Below are positions 1 to 9,672 of a stretch of 64,000 nt of DNA, piece after piece. The notes under the pieces were generated by a model. That model had not been told where the DNA came from. It saw only the letters and a program-made list of their open reading frames with translations, and made no database searches. How positions within the stretch are numbered: position 1 is the first letter of the stretch; every line of letters begins with the position of its first letter. This DNA is from Bacteroidales bacterium (lineage in GTDB: Bacteria; Bacteroidota; Bacteroidia; Bacteroidales; F082), in the NCBI GenBank assembly GCA_017466405.1, contig JAFTUF010000041.1, positions 10,119 to 74,118 on the forward strand, read 5' to 3'. Both the position numbers and the translations under genes were made by a program.

Positions 1-580
1 CAACTCCTGGGTCGGTGAGGTTGACGTGTCCGTTTTTGATTTTTTCGGATAATGTGAGCGATGATAAAAACAGAGCGTATTTCGCTTTTCCATACGTACC
101 GAGTTGCGAGAATCGCTTCTTATCCAATTCAAAGAAATGTTCGTCAAGCTTTGAAACTCCGCGTGTTACAGAGACTGTATTGACAATATTGAATTCTTCT
201 TCCATCAAAGGAATCATCAGTTTTGTAAGATATAAAGGTCCAATATAATTAACAGCCACCGTCGTCTCAAAACCGTCTTCGTTGACAGAGAAATCGCGAC
301 AGATAATTCCTGCGTTGTTAAGTAATTTATCAACTTTAAATCCTTGATTCTTAATATTATCAACAAAAGTCTTTATTGAAGAAAGCGAATTCAAATCTAA
401 TTCTAAGATGTTAATCTCAGAATGCGGAAATTGCTTTATCAGATTGTCTCTCTGCGTCTTGGCTTTATTCAGATTACGACATGCCATTATCACAGGCAAA
501 TCCTTTGACAACAACGACCTAACCGCAGCGAGTCCGATACTTCCCGTAGCTCCTGTGACAATTATTTGACTTTTCTCCAT
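1..580 (-). CDS. short-chain dehydrogenase/reductase (SDR), N-terminal part; C-terminus lies beyond the left window edge
   Basis: Not in the ORF track because there is no stop inside the window. Hand translation of the reverse strand from ATG at 580-578 gives MEKSQIIVTGATGSIGLAAVRSLLSKDLPVIMACRNLNKAKTQ..., open to position 1. Rossmann TGxxGxxG, NNAG and YGKAK (YxxxK) motifs are present. The start overlaps the stop of the preceding SDR gene by 19 nt. Confidence 0.8.
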   Translation of the reverse strand, partial: MEKSQIIVTGATGSIGLAAVRSLLSKDLPVIMACRNLNKAKTQRDNLIKQFPHSEINILELDLNSLSSIKTFVDNIKNQGFKVDKLLNNAGIICRDFSVNEDGFETTVAVNYIGPLYLTKLMIPLMEEEFNIVNTVSVTRGVSKLDEHFFELDKKRFSQLGTYGKAKYALFLSSLTLSEKIKNGHVNLTDPGV

Positions 581-1380
581 ATAAAATTTATCAAAGGTTT
601 TGGCAATATCGCAAGTAACGGCGGAAGATAGACGTTCATCGCTCCCGGCGCGACAATCATCTTCTTTCGGAACATCCCTCTAAGTGCTTTTCTCACAAGC
701 CATTGAGGCGTACCTATAAATCCGATTTTAACGCCGAGTTTCAATAACCTAGGATTTAATTTATATAAAGGTGTCGCAATGGCGCCCGGACAAACTGTCG
801 TCACTCCTACCCCATAATCTCTCATCTCATAATACAGTGACTTAGCGAAACTTTTAAGATAAGCCTTTGTAGCAGAATATGTTGTAATGCCAGGGAATGG
901 AAGCCGTGCCGCCATTGAGGAGACTAATATTATACGACCGAATCCTCTTTTCTTCATCTCGTCACCGAAAAGACGGCACATCCTCGATGGCGTCATAACA
1001 TGAAGATTCAGCATAAGTTCCATCTTCTTGTGATATTCGTCGTCTAACTCATGGAAGAAAAACATTCCTGCATTGTTAATCAATATATCAATAATAAGAT
1101 TATTTTCCTTGCAATAATCAAATAGTTGTTGAGCAGCATCTTCTCTCGACAAATCTTGATAACGAGCAATTACATTAACGCCAAATCTATCTTTAAGATT
1201 TAGCGCAACATCTTTCAATTCTTTTTCCTGATTACTAACAATCAGAAGGTTACAACCTGCTTCAGCAAGATATTCTGCGTATAGAAGTCCCATTCCGGAA
1301 CTTGCGCCAGTGATTAAAGCTGTAATATCACGTCCCTGCGATTGTTTTAATTTATCGATATGTTTTCTGAAAGATGTCAT
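562..1380 (-). CDS. short-chain dehydrogenase/reductase (SDR)
   Basis: 272-aa ORF with ALITGASSGMGL (TGxxxGxG), NNAG and YSATKAY (YxxxK). Confidence 0.9.
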   Translation of the reverse strand: MTSFRKHIDKLKQSQGRDITALITGASSGMGLLYAEYLAEAGCNLLIVSNQEKELKDVALNLKDRFGVNVIARYQDLSREDAAQQLFDYCKENNLIIDILINNAGMFFFHELDDEYHKKMELMLNLHVMTPSRMCRLFGDEMKKRGFGRIILVSSMAARLPFPGITTYSATKAYLKSFAKSLYYEMRDYGVGVTTVCPGAIATPLYKLNPRLLKLGVKIGFIGTPQWLVRKALRGMFRKKMIVAPGAMNVYLPPLLAILPKPLINFIWRKVK

Positions 1381-1381
1381 A

Positions 1382-2617
1382 TCATTTGCCTTCCAATTTT
1401 TCTATCTCTTTTTTAAGTCGCTCCGGCATTTTATCTACGCAATGATGGCAACGCATATCTTCGCTATACATTCTCCCGATACAATAATTTGAATGTTTGC
1501 ATGCGCTTCTCGTCACTTCGCCGCTTTGTAATTTGTTAACAAAATCGGTATCATTTATAAGAGCGCGTGCCATTTGGAAAGCAACGAAACCTGAATTAAG
1601 GACTTCTTCCATTTTATCTTTTGAAATCATTCCACCTACATAAATCAACGGAATGTTAAGATTCTCACGGAATTTCTTTGCTGTCTCAAGAAAATAAGCC
1701 TCTTTAAAAGGAATTGGAGGAATAATAAATCTGCCAGCGATTCTGAGTCCGAGTTTAAGCCACCAGAACTTCCACATATTCATGTAGTAAGCCATTGTCT
1801 TTATTGGCATTGCGCCACGCATCACTTCCATAGGAGCCTTGCTGACGAAACCCGCCGAAAGTACGATTGCATGAACGCCGAGTTTTTCCAACTCCTTGGC
1901 AATCAGTATCGCCTCATCGACTTGAATACCCTTTTTCATTCCATCGAACATATTGAGTTTCACCACGACAGCCATATCATCCAAAGCAGCGTCCATTACT
2001 TCTCTGATAACGAGTTTCATGAAACGCATTCTGTTTTCAAGATTACCGCCCCAGATGTCAGTACGATGATTTGTATATGGCGACAAAAACTGACTTATCA
2101 AATAACCATGACCCGCATGAATTTCAACGCAATCGAAGCCAGCTTCACGAGCAAGATTTACAGCTTTTCCAAAGTCTCTGACTGTGTCGAGAATCTCATA
2201 TTCAGTCATTCCTCTCACAAAAGTTGGAGAATAAAGATTGAATCCAGAAGACGCACCCATCGGTTTGCATCCGCAAGTGCTACGATGCGTCATATTACCG
2301 CAATGACCGAGTTGAATTGATGCTTTAGCACCTTCATTATGAATGGCATCTGTGAGTTTTTTCAGTTCTGGGACAATCTCCTCGCGCATCCAGAGCTGCC
2401 CGTCAAAAGAGACGCCGCTACGATTTACAGAGGCGTAGGCTATTGTCGTCATCCCGATTCCGCCTCGCGCCACAGCAGTATGGTAATCGAAGAGTTTCTG
2501 CGACGGACGATTATCCTTGCACATATTTTCAAATGCAGCGGAACGTATCGTCCTGTTTCTTAATTCAATAGGGCCTACCTTACAAGGTGTGAAAATAATA
2601 GAGTTGGTTGTATTCAT
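1382..2617 (-). CDS. Old Yellow Enzyme-type NADH:flavin oxidoreductase with a C-terminal Cys cluster
   Basis: 411 aa. HAGHGYLISQFLSPYTNHRTDIWGG is the OYE/2,4-dienoyl-CoA-reductase TIM-barrel signature. C-terminal cysteines: CKHSNYCIGRMYSEDMRCHHC. There is a 1-nt gap to the downstream SDR. Confidence 0.88.
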   Translation of the reverse strand: MNTTNSIIFTPCKVGPIELRNRTIRSAAFENMCKDNRPSQKLFDYHTAVARGGIGMTTIAYASVNRSGVSFDGQLWMREEIVPELKKLTDAIHNEGAKASIQLGHCGNMTHRSTCGCKPMGASSGFNLYSPTFVRGMTEYEILDTVRDFGKAVNLAREAGFDCVEIHAGHGYLISQFLSPYTNHRTDIWGGNLENRMRFMKLVIREVMDAALDDMAVVVKLNMFDGMKKGIQVDEAILIAKELEKLGVHAIVLSAGFVSKAPMEVMRGAMPIKTMAYYMNMWKFWWLKLGLRIAGRFIIPPIPFKEAYFLETAKKFRENLNIPLIYVGGMISKDKMEEVLNSGFVAFQMARALINDTDFVNKLQSGEVTRSACKHSNYCIGRMYSEDMRCHHCVDKMPERLKKEIEKLEGK

Positions 2618-2624
2618 TGTTGTT

Positions 2625-3389
2625 TTAATATATAAAAGGTATTATTCTCTTAACTTTTTTAGTATCAAGTTCGTCGCCGAATTCTTTCTTATAATTGTCG
2701 TATATCTTAGCGGCGCGTGGAGCGAGATTCGCGAATGTCCACAACGCGAAGACCGCGCCGGAGAGCGACCATGTCAGAACAGCGAAACCGCACCACTCGA
2801 CGAACTCGCCGAAATAATTGGCAGAAGTCACATATCTGAACATTCCTTTTTTAGGAAGGTAATGTTTAGTGTCGCCATGTTTACGTAAGTGTCTGATAAT
2901 GTAGTCAGAATGAATGTTTATAATCATACCAGCGAAAAATATCAAAGTTCCGATTATAAACTGAGGAGTTGTAAGCCAAGAAATGGAATACATATCTTCA
3001 GGAGAGATATAGAAAATCCATCCGCCTTGCATCAATGCATTCAAGACATTGAAAATCACGCCCATCAAAACTACAGACAATGGCATCACGCTTTTTCCTC
3101 TCATCAAAAACGGAAATATAAACGAGCGTTGAAAATAATGTATCTCAAACAAAATCAAAAAGATAAGACAAACCACATTGCTACTTCTTTCAGACAACAG
3201 AGCAAGTATAATCATCACTATAAAAACCGGTGATTCCATCAAAACCCAACCTAATTTATTTGGTATTGACGGTCCCCATTTTTTATTGTAAAAAACGCCA
3301 TAGCCTGCAGTGACGAAATATAAAGCGATGAAAACTATCACCGCTATTATTGTCATTATCAGAAGAAATATGTTAAAATTTTCTAACAT
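2625..3389 (-). CDS. steroid 5-alpha-reductase family membrane protein (3-oxo-5-alpha-steroid 4-dehydrogenase-like)
   Basis: 254 aa, polytopic. The C-terminal NYFGEFVEWCGFAV...APRA...Y...F...RIIPFIY pattern is typical of the SRD5A/DUF1295 family. Confidence 0.8.
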   Translation of the reverse strand: MLENFNIFLLIMTIIAVIVFIALYFVTAGYGVFYNKKWGPSIPNKLGWVLMESPVFIVMIILALLSERSSNVVCLIFLILFEIHYFQRSFIFPFLMRGKSVMPLSVVLMGVIFNVLNALMQGGWIFYISPEDMYSISWLTTPQFIIGTLIFFAGMIINIHSDYIIRHLRKHGDTKHYLPKKGMFRYVTSANYFGEFVEWCGFAVLTWSLSGAVFALWTFANLAPRAAKIYDNYKKEFGDELDTKKVKRIIPFIY

Positions 3390-3390
3390 C

Positions 3391-5217
3391 TTAATTAAAT
3401 GATTGCAAATCAGTCAGTCTTTTATAAACTCCATTTTTAGCGATAAGTTCATCGTGCTTTCCTTGTTCAACGATATTTCCTTTAGCAAGAACGACTATAT
3501 CATCTGCATTTTGAATTGTTGAAAGTCGGTGAGCAATCACGATAGAAGTCCTGTTACTCATCACTTTAGCAAGAGCATCCTGAACTAATTTTTCTGATTC
3601 AGTATCTAAAGAAGATGTCGCTTCGTCGAGAATTAAAATCGGAGGATTTTTCAAAACAGCGCGGGCAATACTCAAACGCTGCCTTTGACCGCCAGAGAGA
3701 TTCATACCTCTGTCGCCGATATATGTGTCGTAACCATTTTCGAGATTCATGATGAAATCGTGAGCGTTAGCGACTTTGGCAGCTTCTATAACTTCTTCAC
3801 GTGTAGCGTTTTCCATTCCGAAAGCGATGTTATTATGAACAGTGTCGTTAAACAAAATGCTCTCCTGACTGACGATTCCCATCAATCCGCGGATGTCGTT
3901 AATCTTGAAATCTCTAATATCTGTGCCGTCAATTGTAATGCTGCCTTCGCAGACATCATAGAAACGCGGCAACAAATCCACCATCGTCGATTTTCCACCG
4001 CCGCTCTCTCCTACCAATGCTATCATCTTACCTTTTTCTACGGTTAAGTTAATATTTTTTAACACATCATCTTTACCGTAACGGAAGACAACATTGTTAT
4101 ATTTGATAGAGTCTTTAAATTCATCAATATTTTTAGCATCAGTTTTCTCATGTATAACTTCATCAGCGTCAAGGATTTCAAAGACGCGTTCTGCAGATGC
4201 CATACCTTTTTGGAGATTATAAAATCCGTGAGAGAACGATTTTGCAGGAGGAATAATCTGCGAGAAGACAACTATATAAGCTATAAAATTAGCAGCAGTG
4301 ATCGTTGTGTCGCCTGATAAAATCAAAGTCGAGCCGAACCAAAGAACCACGGAAATCACTATCGCTGAGAGCAATTCGCTCATAGGAGAACTGAGGTCTC
4401 TTTTTCTGTGAACAAATCTTAACAATTTTGAATATCCTTCGTTTTGTTCTGCGAATTTCTCATTTGTATAATCTATTGCATTGAAAGCCTTTACGATACG
4501 TAAGCCCGAAATCGTCTCTTCAATATTAGCAATAATATTTGCGAGACGAGTCTGACCTTCTTTAGAGTCTTTCTTTAACGATTTTCCAATCTTACCTATT
4601 ATGATACCGCCGATTGGCAGAACACATAGCACAAACAAAGTGAGTTGCCAACTGACGCCGAGCATATAAGCGAAGTAGGCTATTATGGTTATCGGCGACT
4701 TGATAAATACATCCAGATAATTCATAATAGACACTTCAATCTCTTGTAAATCAGTAGTTATCCTTGCGATTATGTCGCCTTTTTTATGTTTGCTATAGAA
4801 TGACAATGGAAGTACCAATATTTTGTTATAAACAGCTGCTCGAAAATCCTTTATCGAGTTGACTCTCACCGACGCCATGTAAAAACTCGCCATATAAGTC
4901 GTGAGATTTCTCAAGAAGAATGCAAATACCAACAAAGCACAAATAAATATCAAAGCTGTCGATTGTCCTTTGTTGATGATTATCGAGCTGATATAATAAT
5001 TCATCGTTTCGATAAGAACGTCAGAACTTAAAGAAAATTCTGGTCTCACCGTGATAAGATTATTTGGATTAAACAAAAGATTGAGAAATGGAACGACCAT
5101 TGAGAATGAGAACAATGAGAATATCGTAGAAAGAATAACGAAAACGATATTCAAAGCGACACTGCCCCAATAAGGTTTCACGAATCCAAGAACTCTATTA
5201 AACTTACTGATTTTCAT
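3391..5217 (-). CDS. ABC exporter, fused permease/ATPase (MsbA-like)
   Basis: 608 aa with an N-terminal 6-TM domain, Walker A GESGGGKST, signature LSGGQRQR and Walker B ILILDEATS. Confidence 0.9.
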   Translation of the reverse strand: MKISKFNRVLGFVKPYWGSVALNIVFVILSTIFSLFSFSMVVPFLNLLFNPNNLITVRPEFSLSSDVLIETMNYYISSIIINKGQSTALIFICALLVFAFFLRNLTTYMASFYMASVRVNSIKDFRAAVYNKILVLPLSFYSKHKKGDIIARITTDLQEIEVSIMNYLDVFIKSPITIIAYFAYMLGVSWQLTLFVLCVLPIGGIIIGKIGKSLKKDSKEGQTRLANIIANIEETISGLRIVKAFNAIDYTNEKFAEQNEGYSKLLRFVHRKRDLSSPMSELLSAIVISVVLWFGSTLILSGDTTITAANFIAYIVVFSQIIPPAKSFSHGFYNLQKGMASAERVFEILDADEVIHEKTDAKNIDEFKDSIKYNNVVFRYGKDDVLKNINLTVEKGKMIALVGESGGGKSTMVDLLPRFYDVCEGSITIDGTDIRDFKINDIRGLMGIVSQESILFNDTVHNNIAFGMENATREEVIEAAKVANAHDFIMNLENGYDTYIGDRGMNLSGGQRQRLSIARAVLKNPPILILDEATSSLDTESEKLVQDALAKVMSNRTSIVIAHRLSTIQNADDIVVLAKGNIVEQGKHDELIAKNGVYKRLTDLQSFN

Positions 5218-5232
5218 TTAATAAAAATTTAA

Positions 5233-5251
5233 AGGGGAACTTTCATCCCCC
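5233..5251 (-). terminator. possible weak terminator/attenuator hairpin after purB
   Basis: GGGGA/TCCCC 5-bp stem with a 7-nt loop, followed on the minus strand by a T-rich stretch. It lies between the purB stop and the ABC exporter start. Confidence 0.35.
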
Positions 5252-5273
5252 TATTAACTATTTAATTATTGAA

Positions 5274-6626
5274 TTATTCAAAACTATAACCCGTATAATT
5301 CTCCGGTGTAATGACATGCATTTCTGCTTTGACAGCATCGCTGACAGGCAACTCGTCAATAAATTTATCTATCGATTCGCGAGTGACTTTTTCATTGGTA
5401 CGAGTCAAACCTTTTAACAATTCGTATGCACCTTCAACTTCTTCACGGCGAAGAATTGTCTGGATTGCTTCAGCCACAACAGCGTAATTATTAAGAAGGT
5501 CGGCACTGAGTTTTTCTTCGTTAAGAATAAGTTTATCAAGACCTTTCAAGAGCGAACTGATAGCAATCATAGTATGAGCCAAAGGCACGCCGACGTTTCT
5601 TGTCACTGTTGAATCGGTAAGGTCGCGTTGCATGCGGCTGATAGGAAGTTTTGCGCTGAGATGTTCGAAAATTGCGTTTGCGAGACCGAGGTTGCCTTCA
5701 GCGTTTTCAAAGTCGATAGGATTGACTTTATGAGGCATTGCCGATGAACCAACTTCGCCAGCTTTGATTTTTTGTTTGAAGTATTCCATTGAAACATATT
5801 GCCATACGTCGCGAGCAAGGTCAATGAGAATTGTATTGATACGTTTTACAGCATCGAAATAAGCAGCCATAAAGTCGTAATGTTCAATCTGAGTTGTTGT
5901 TTGAAGACGTGTAAGTCCTAAATTATTATTGATATAATTGTTAGTGAACTTCTTCCATTCAATTTGAGGATAAGCTATTTTATGAGCGTTCATATTACCT
6001 GTCGCGCCGCCGAATTTAGCGCAGAAAGGAATGTTTTTCAAAGCATTAAGCTGATTATCCAAACGTTCAACGAAAACATAAATCTCTTTGCCGAGGTGAG
6101 TTGGACTTGCAGGCTGTCCGTGAGTATGAGCCAACATAGGAACATCTTTCCATTCTTTAGCCATCTCGAAGAGTTTGTTTCTGAGGTCGTTCATTGCAGG
6201 CAAGAAGATATTTGCGTTAGCGTCTCTCAAAGTTAGAGGCACTGCCACGTTATTAATATCTTGTGATGTCAAACCGAAGTGGATAAACTCTTTAAATTTT
6301 TTAAGATTCAATTCATCGAAGCGGCGTTTCAAGAAATATTCAACCGCCTTCACATCATGATTTGTAACCTTTTCTATATCTTTGATTTCTTGAGCATTCT
6401 CGACTGTAAAGTCGTTATAGAAAGAACGTAATGTCTCAAAATATTTATGATCGAAGTCAGCGAGTTGAGGCAAAGGAAGTTCGCATAAAGCTATAAAATA
6501 TTCAACTTCAACCTTAACACGATAACGAATCAGTGCGAATTCTGAAAAATATTCGTCAAGACCGGCAGCTTTTGAACGGTATCTACCATCAACCGGAGAA
6601 ATTGCTGTAAGAGAATTTAATGTCAT
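5274..6626 (-). CDS. purB: adenylosuccinate lyase
   Basis: 450 aa. Fumarate-lyase signature GSSAMPHKVNP and typical PurB N-terminus SPVDGRY. Confidence 0.95.
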   Translation of the reverse strand: MTLNSLTAISPVDGRYRSKAAGLDEYFSEFALIRYRVKVEVEYFIALCELPLPQLADFDHKYFETLRSFYNDFTVENAQEIKDIEKVTNHDVKAVEYFLKRRFDELNLKKFKEFIHFGLTSQDINNVAVPLTLRDANANIFLPAMNDLRNKLFEMAKEWKDVPMLAHTHGQPASPTHLGKEIYVFVERLDNQLNALKNIPFCAKFGGATGNMNAHKIAYPQIEWKKFTNNYINNNLGLTRLQTTTQIEHYDFMAAYFDAVKRINTILIDLARDVWQYVSMEYFKQKIKAGEVGSSAMPHKVNPIDFENAEGNLGLANAIFEHLSAKLPISRMQRDLTDSTVTRNVGVPLAHTMIAISSLLKGLDKLILNEEKLSADLLNNYAVVAEAIQTILRREEVEGAYELLKGLTRTNEKVTRESIDKFIDELPVSDAVKAEMHVITPENYTGYSFE

Positions 6627-6664
6627 AACTCATTATTTTATGTAAAACGCAAAGATAAAAAAAA

Positions 6665-6693
6665 GTCAACAGACAACAGACAACAGACAACAG
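6665..6693. repeat. heptamer array (CAGACAA)n, family also at 9078-9108, 36865-36895 and 45825-45848
   Basis: gtcaacagacaacagacaacagacaacag read directly. The other copies are near-identical, two of them in reverse orientation. Confidence 0.85.
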
Positions 6694-6709
6694 TTTTTTT
6701 TCAATATTT

Positions 6710-7144
6710 CTAAGTCTCCCAAGCATATAATTTAACACTTTTATTATTTAATTTTATAAAATCAATATTAGACAGATATTTTTCAATATTATCAATATTA
6801 AAATTACAAGATTTAGAATATACCGTTAGATAATCACTATTTGTGTCTGACAATATCATCACGCCTTCTTTTTCGTCGAAAAATTCTATTTTCAATCTCT
6901 TTCTACAAAATAAACTCTTGAACAATATATACATACAATCATCTTTCTTGATTATTTTTGATGAAAATTTCTTTAGCAATTTGTTTCTATCTTCTTTTAT
7001 GCCAACATAAAGTGACTCAAGATTATCTTTATAACCGATTGAAAAATAAAGGAATACTTCAACAAAACACATTTCACGACGGCTGTAAGTCTTGGCGACT
7101 TGATACCATTTTCCCAACAATTGGGAATTAACAATTGATTTCAT
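6710..7144 (-). CDS. hypothetical protein, possibly lipocalin-like
   Basis: 144 aa, very AT-rich. N-terminal GKWYQVAK resembles the bacterial lipocalin GxWYxIAR motif. No signal peptide seen. Confidence 0.45.
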   Translation of the reverse strand: MKSIVNSQLLGKWYQVAKTYSRREMCFVEVFLYFSIGYKDNLESLYVGIKEDRNKLLKKFSSKIIKKDDCMYILFKSLFCRKRLKIEFFDEKEGVMILSDTNSDYLTVYSKSCNFNIDNIEKYLSNIDFIKLNNKSVKLYAWET

Positions 7145-7502
7145 GATTAAATAAATTTAGGTTAATGAATATGGTTCACCTATTCAGGCAAACATTTTTT
7201 AAATAAAGTCATCGATTATTTTCGAGGAGAGCCTCCTCATACTTCACGCTGCAAATATACAAACAAGTAAATTCAAAAGTCAAGAGGTTTTGTAGTATTT
7301 TTCACGGATTTAACATTTCATTTACTATCATTCACTATAATTTTAAGATTTACGTTAATAAAAATTAAGGGGATTTTGAGTTATAAATTGTTCAAAAAAA
7401 TACCTTAATTAATTATCCTTTTAACGAAAAAAATAAGTAAATTCGCAGTTCGGTATTTTTCCCGTTCTTTAGTGAATAATTTATAATTAAAAACATATTA
7501 TC

Positions 7503-8894
7503 ATGAATTACGATGTTATAGTAATAGGCAGTGGACCAGGCGGTTACGTTGCTGCTATCAGAGCTTCACAATTAGGCAAAAAAGTTGCTGTAGTTGAAAA
7601 ATCAGAAATTGGCGGAACATGTTTGAACTGGGGTTGTATTCCTACAAAAGCTCTTTTGAAGAGCGCTCAGGTTTACACATATATGAAACATGCTGAGAAT
7701 TACGGAATCAATGTAGAAGGCGAAGTCAAAGCCGACATGGAAGCCGTCGTTCGTCGCAGCCGTGGCGTTGCAGAAGGCATGAGCAAAGGCGTTCAATATC
7801 TTTTCAAGAAAAACAACGTTGAACTCATTGCAGGTTTCGGTTCACTCACATCAGACAAGAAAGTTAAAGTGGTTGACGCTGAAGGTAATGAAAACATCTA
7901 CGAAGCAGAACACATAATACTTGCAACAGGTTGCAGAGTTCGTCAGTTGCCAGCTCTTCCTATCGACGGCGAAAGAATCATCAGCTACCGTCAAGCTTTG
8001 GTATTAGACAAATTGCCAGAAACAATGTTGGTTGTAGGTTCAGGCGCTATAGGTTCTGAATTCGCATTCTTCTTCACATCAATGGGCGTTAAAGTCACAT
8101 TGGTAGAATTCATGCCAAACATATTACCTGTTGAAGATGAAGAAGTTTCAAAACAAGTAGAACGCTGCTTCAAGAAATTGAAGATGACTGTTATGACAGA
8201 AGCTTCTGTAACAAACGTTGACACAACAGGTGAAAAATGCGTCTGCACAATTGAAACTAAAAAAGGACCTAAAGTCGTTGAAGCTGACATTGTTCTCTCA
8301 GCAGTCGGCGTTCAGACAAACCTCGAAAACCTCGGCCTTGAAGAACTCGGCATCGCTAACGAAAGAGGTAAAATCATCGTTGACGACTATTACAGAACAA
8401 ATGTTGAAGGCGTTTATGCTATCGGCGACATCGTTCACGGACCAGCATTGGCACACAAAGCATCACACGAAGCTATTATCTGCGTAGAGAAATTCTGCGG
8501 CTTAGAACCAGAAAAATTGAATTACAACAATATACCAGGTTGTACGTACATCACTCCAGAAGTTGCATCAGTAGGTCTCACCGAAGCAAAAGCTATAGCA
8601 GCAGGCTATGAAGTGAAAGTCGGTAAATTCCCATTCACAGCATCAGGAAAAGCTTCAGCAGCAGGCAATAAGGACGGATTTATCAAAGTCGTCTTCAACG
8701 CTGCTAACGACGAATGGCTCGGCTGCCACATGGTTGGCGACAACGTAACAGAAATGGTTGCAACAGCAGTTCTCGGACGCGAGTTAGGAGCTAAAGGCCG
8801 CGACATCATCAACACCATCTTCCCTCACCCAACAATGTCGGAAGCTATGATGGAAGCAGCAGCCGCAGCTCACGGCGAAGTGGTACACCTTTAA
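7503..8894 (+). CDS. lpdA: dihydrolipoyl dehydrogenase
   Basis: 463 aa. FAD motif GSGPGGY, redox disulfide GGTCLNWGCIPTK and C-terminal HPTMSE. Confidence 0.95.
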   Translation: MNYDVIVIGSGPGGYVAAIRASQLGKKVAVVEKSEIGGTCLNWGCIPTKALLKSAQVYTYMKHAENYGINVEGEVKADMEAVVRRSRGVAEGMSKGVQYLFKKNNVELIAGFGSLTSDKKVKVVDAEGNENIYEAEHIILATGCRVRQLPALPIDGERIISYRQALVLDKLPETMLVVGSGAIGSEFAFFFTSMGVKVTLVEFMPNILPVEDEEVSKQVERCFKKLKMTVMTEASVTNVDTTGEKCVCTIETKKGPKVVEADIVLSAVGVQTNLENLGLEELGIANERGKIIVDDYYRTNVEGVYAIGDIVHGPALAHKASHEAIICVEKFCGLEPEKLNYNNIPGCTYITPEVASVGLTEAKAIAAGYEVKVGKFPFTASGKASAAGNKDGFIKVVFNAANDEWLGCHMVGDNVTEMVATAVLGRELGAKGRDIINTIFPHPTMSEAMMEAAAAAHGEVVHL

Positions 8895-8897
8895 TTC

Positions 8898-8930
8898 AAT
8901 TGACAATTAACAATTGACAGTTGACAATTA
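8898..8930. repeat. heptamer array (TTGACAA/TTAACAA)n
   Basis: aattgacaattaacaattgacagttgacaatta. Related arrays lie at 22551-22598 and 38749-38782. Confidence 0.8.
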
Positions 8931-8936
8931 AAATTT

Positions 8937-8987
8937 GTAGAGACGTATCAACAATACCATAGAATAGACAAATGTTGATGCGTCTCT
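8937..8987 (+). repeat. REP-like hairpin element GTAGAGACG...CGTCTCT (a second degenerate copy lies at 8994-9037)
   Basis: Arms gagacgtatcaac / gttgatgcgtctc around a loop of about 21 nt. Same family as 19825, 38802, 52637, 53582 and 59182. Confidence 0.85.
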
Positions 8988-9077
8988 TAAAAAACGTGTC
9001 AATGTTTCATACAATAAACAGAACATTGATGCGTCTCAAAAATTGAATAATATCAATCATATAAAGAATATGACAAT

Positions 9078-9108
9078 GACTGTTGTCCGTTGTCTGTTGT
9101 CTGTTGAC
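9078..9108. repeat. heptamer array, reverse copy of the CAGACAA family
   Basis: gactgttgtccgttgtctgttgtctgttgac is the reverse complement of the 6665-6693 type. Confidence 0.85.
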
Positions 9109-9117
9109 TAAATTAAT

Positions 9118-9663
9118 ATGGAAATAATAAAAACTTCGATTGAAGGACTTTTAATAATAAAACCTGACGTTTTCAAGGACGAAAGAGGATATTTTTTTGA
9201 ATCATACAACAAGGAACGTTTTGCAAAAGAAGGACTTGTAATGAACTTCGTACAAGACAATGAGTCGAAGTCGAGCAAGGGCGTTTTGAGAGGTTTGCAT
9301 TTTCAGAAGCCTCCTTTTGCACAAGGCAAACTCGTCAGAGTTGTAAAAGGTTCTGTGATGGACGTAGCCGTTGACCTTAGAAAGAACTCCCCTACTTACG
9401 GAAAATGGGAATCGAGGATTTTAAGTGAAGATAACAAGGAAATGTTCTGGATACCAGAAGGTTTCGCTCACGGATTCGTCACTTTGGAAGATAACACCGT
9501 CTTTACTTATAAATGTACAAACGTCTATAACAAAGAGTCGGAAGGCAGCATTCTTTGGAACGATCCAGATATCGATATAAATTGGAATATTGACAATCCA
9601 ATCCTATCAGAGAAAGACAAGATTTCTCCTTTATTCAAAAACTTTGAAACACCTTTTATATAA
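9118..9663 (+). CDS. rfbC: dTDP-4-dehydrorhamnose 3,5-epimerase
   Basis: 181 aa. DERGYFFE, RGLHFQ and FAHGF are RmlC cupin motifs. Confidence 0.95.
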   Translation: MEIIKTSIEGLLIIKPDVFKDERGYFFESYNKERFAKEGLVMNFVQDNESKSSKGVLRGLHFQKPPFAQGKLVRVVKGSVMDVAVDLRKNSPTYGKWESRILSEDNKEMFWIPEGFAHGFVTLEDNTVFTYKCTNVYNKESEGSILWNDPDIDINWNIDNPILSEKDKISPLFKNFETPFI

Positions 9664-9672
9664 AGCAATAAC

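Noticed and set aside
1871-2320. 149-aa plus-strand ORF, with others at 2339-2563 and 2517-2888
   Set aside because: These are antisense to the OYE reductase and 5-alpha-reductase genes, which carry strong family motifs.
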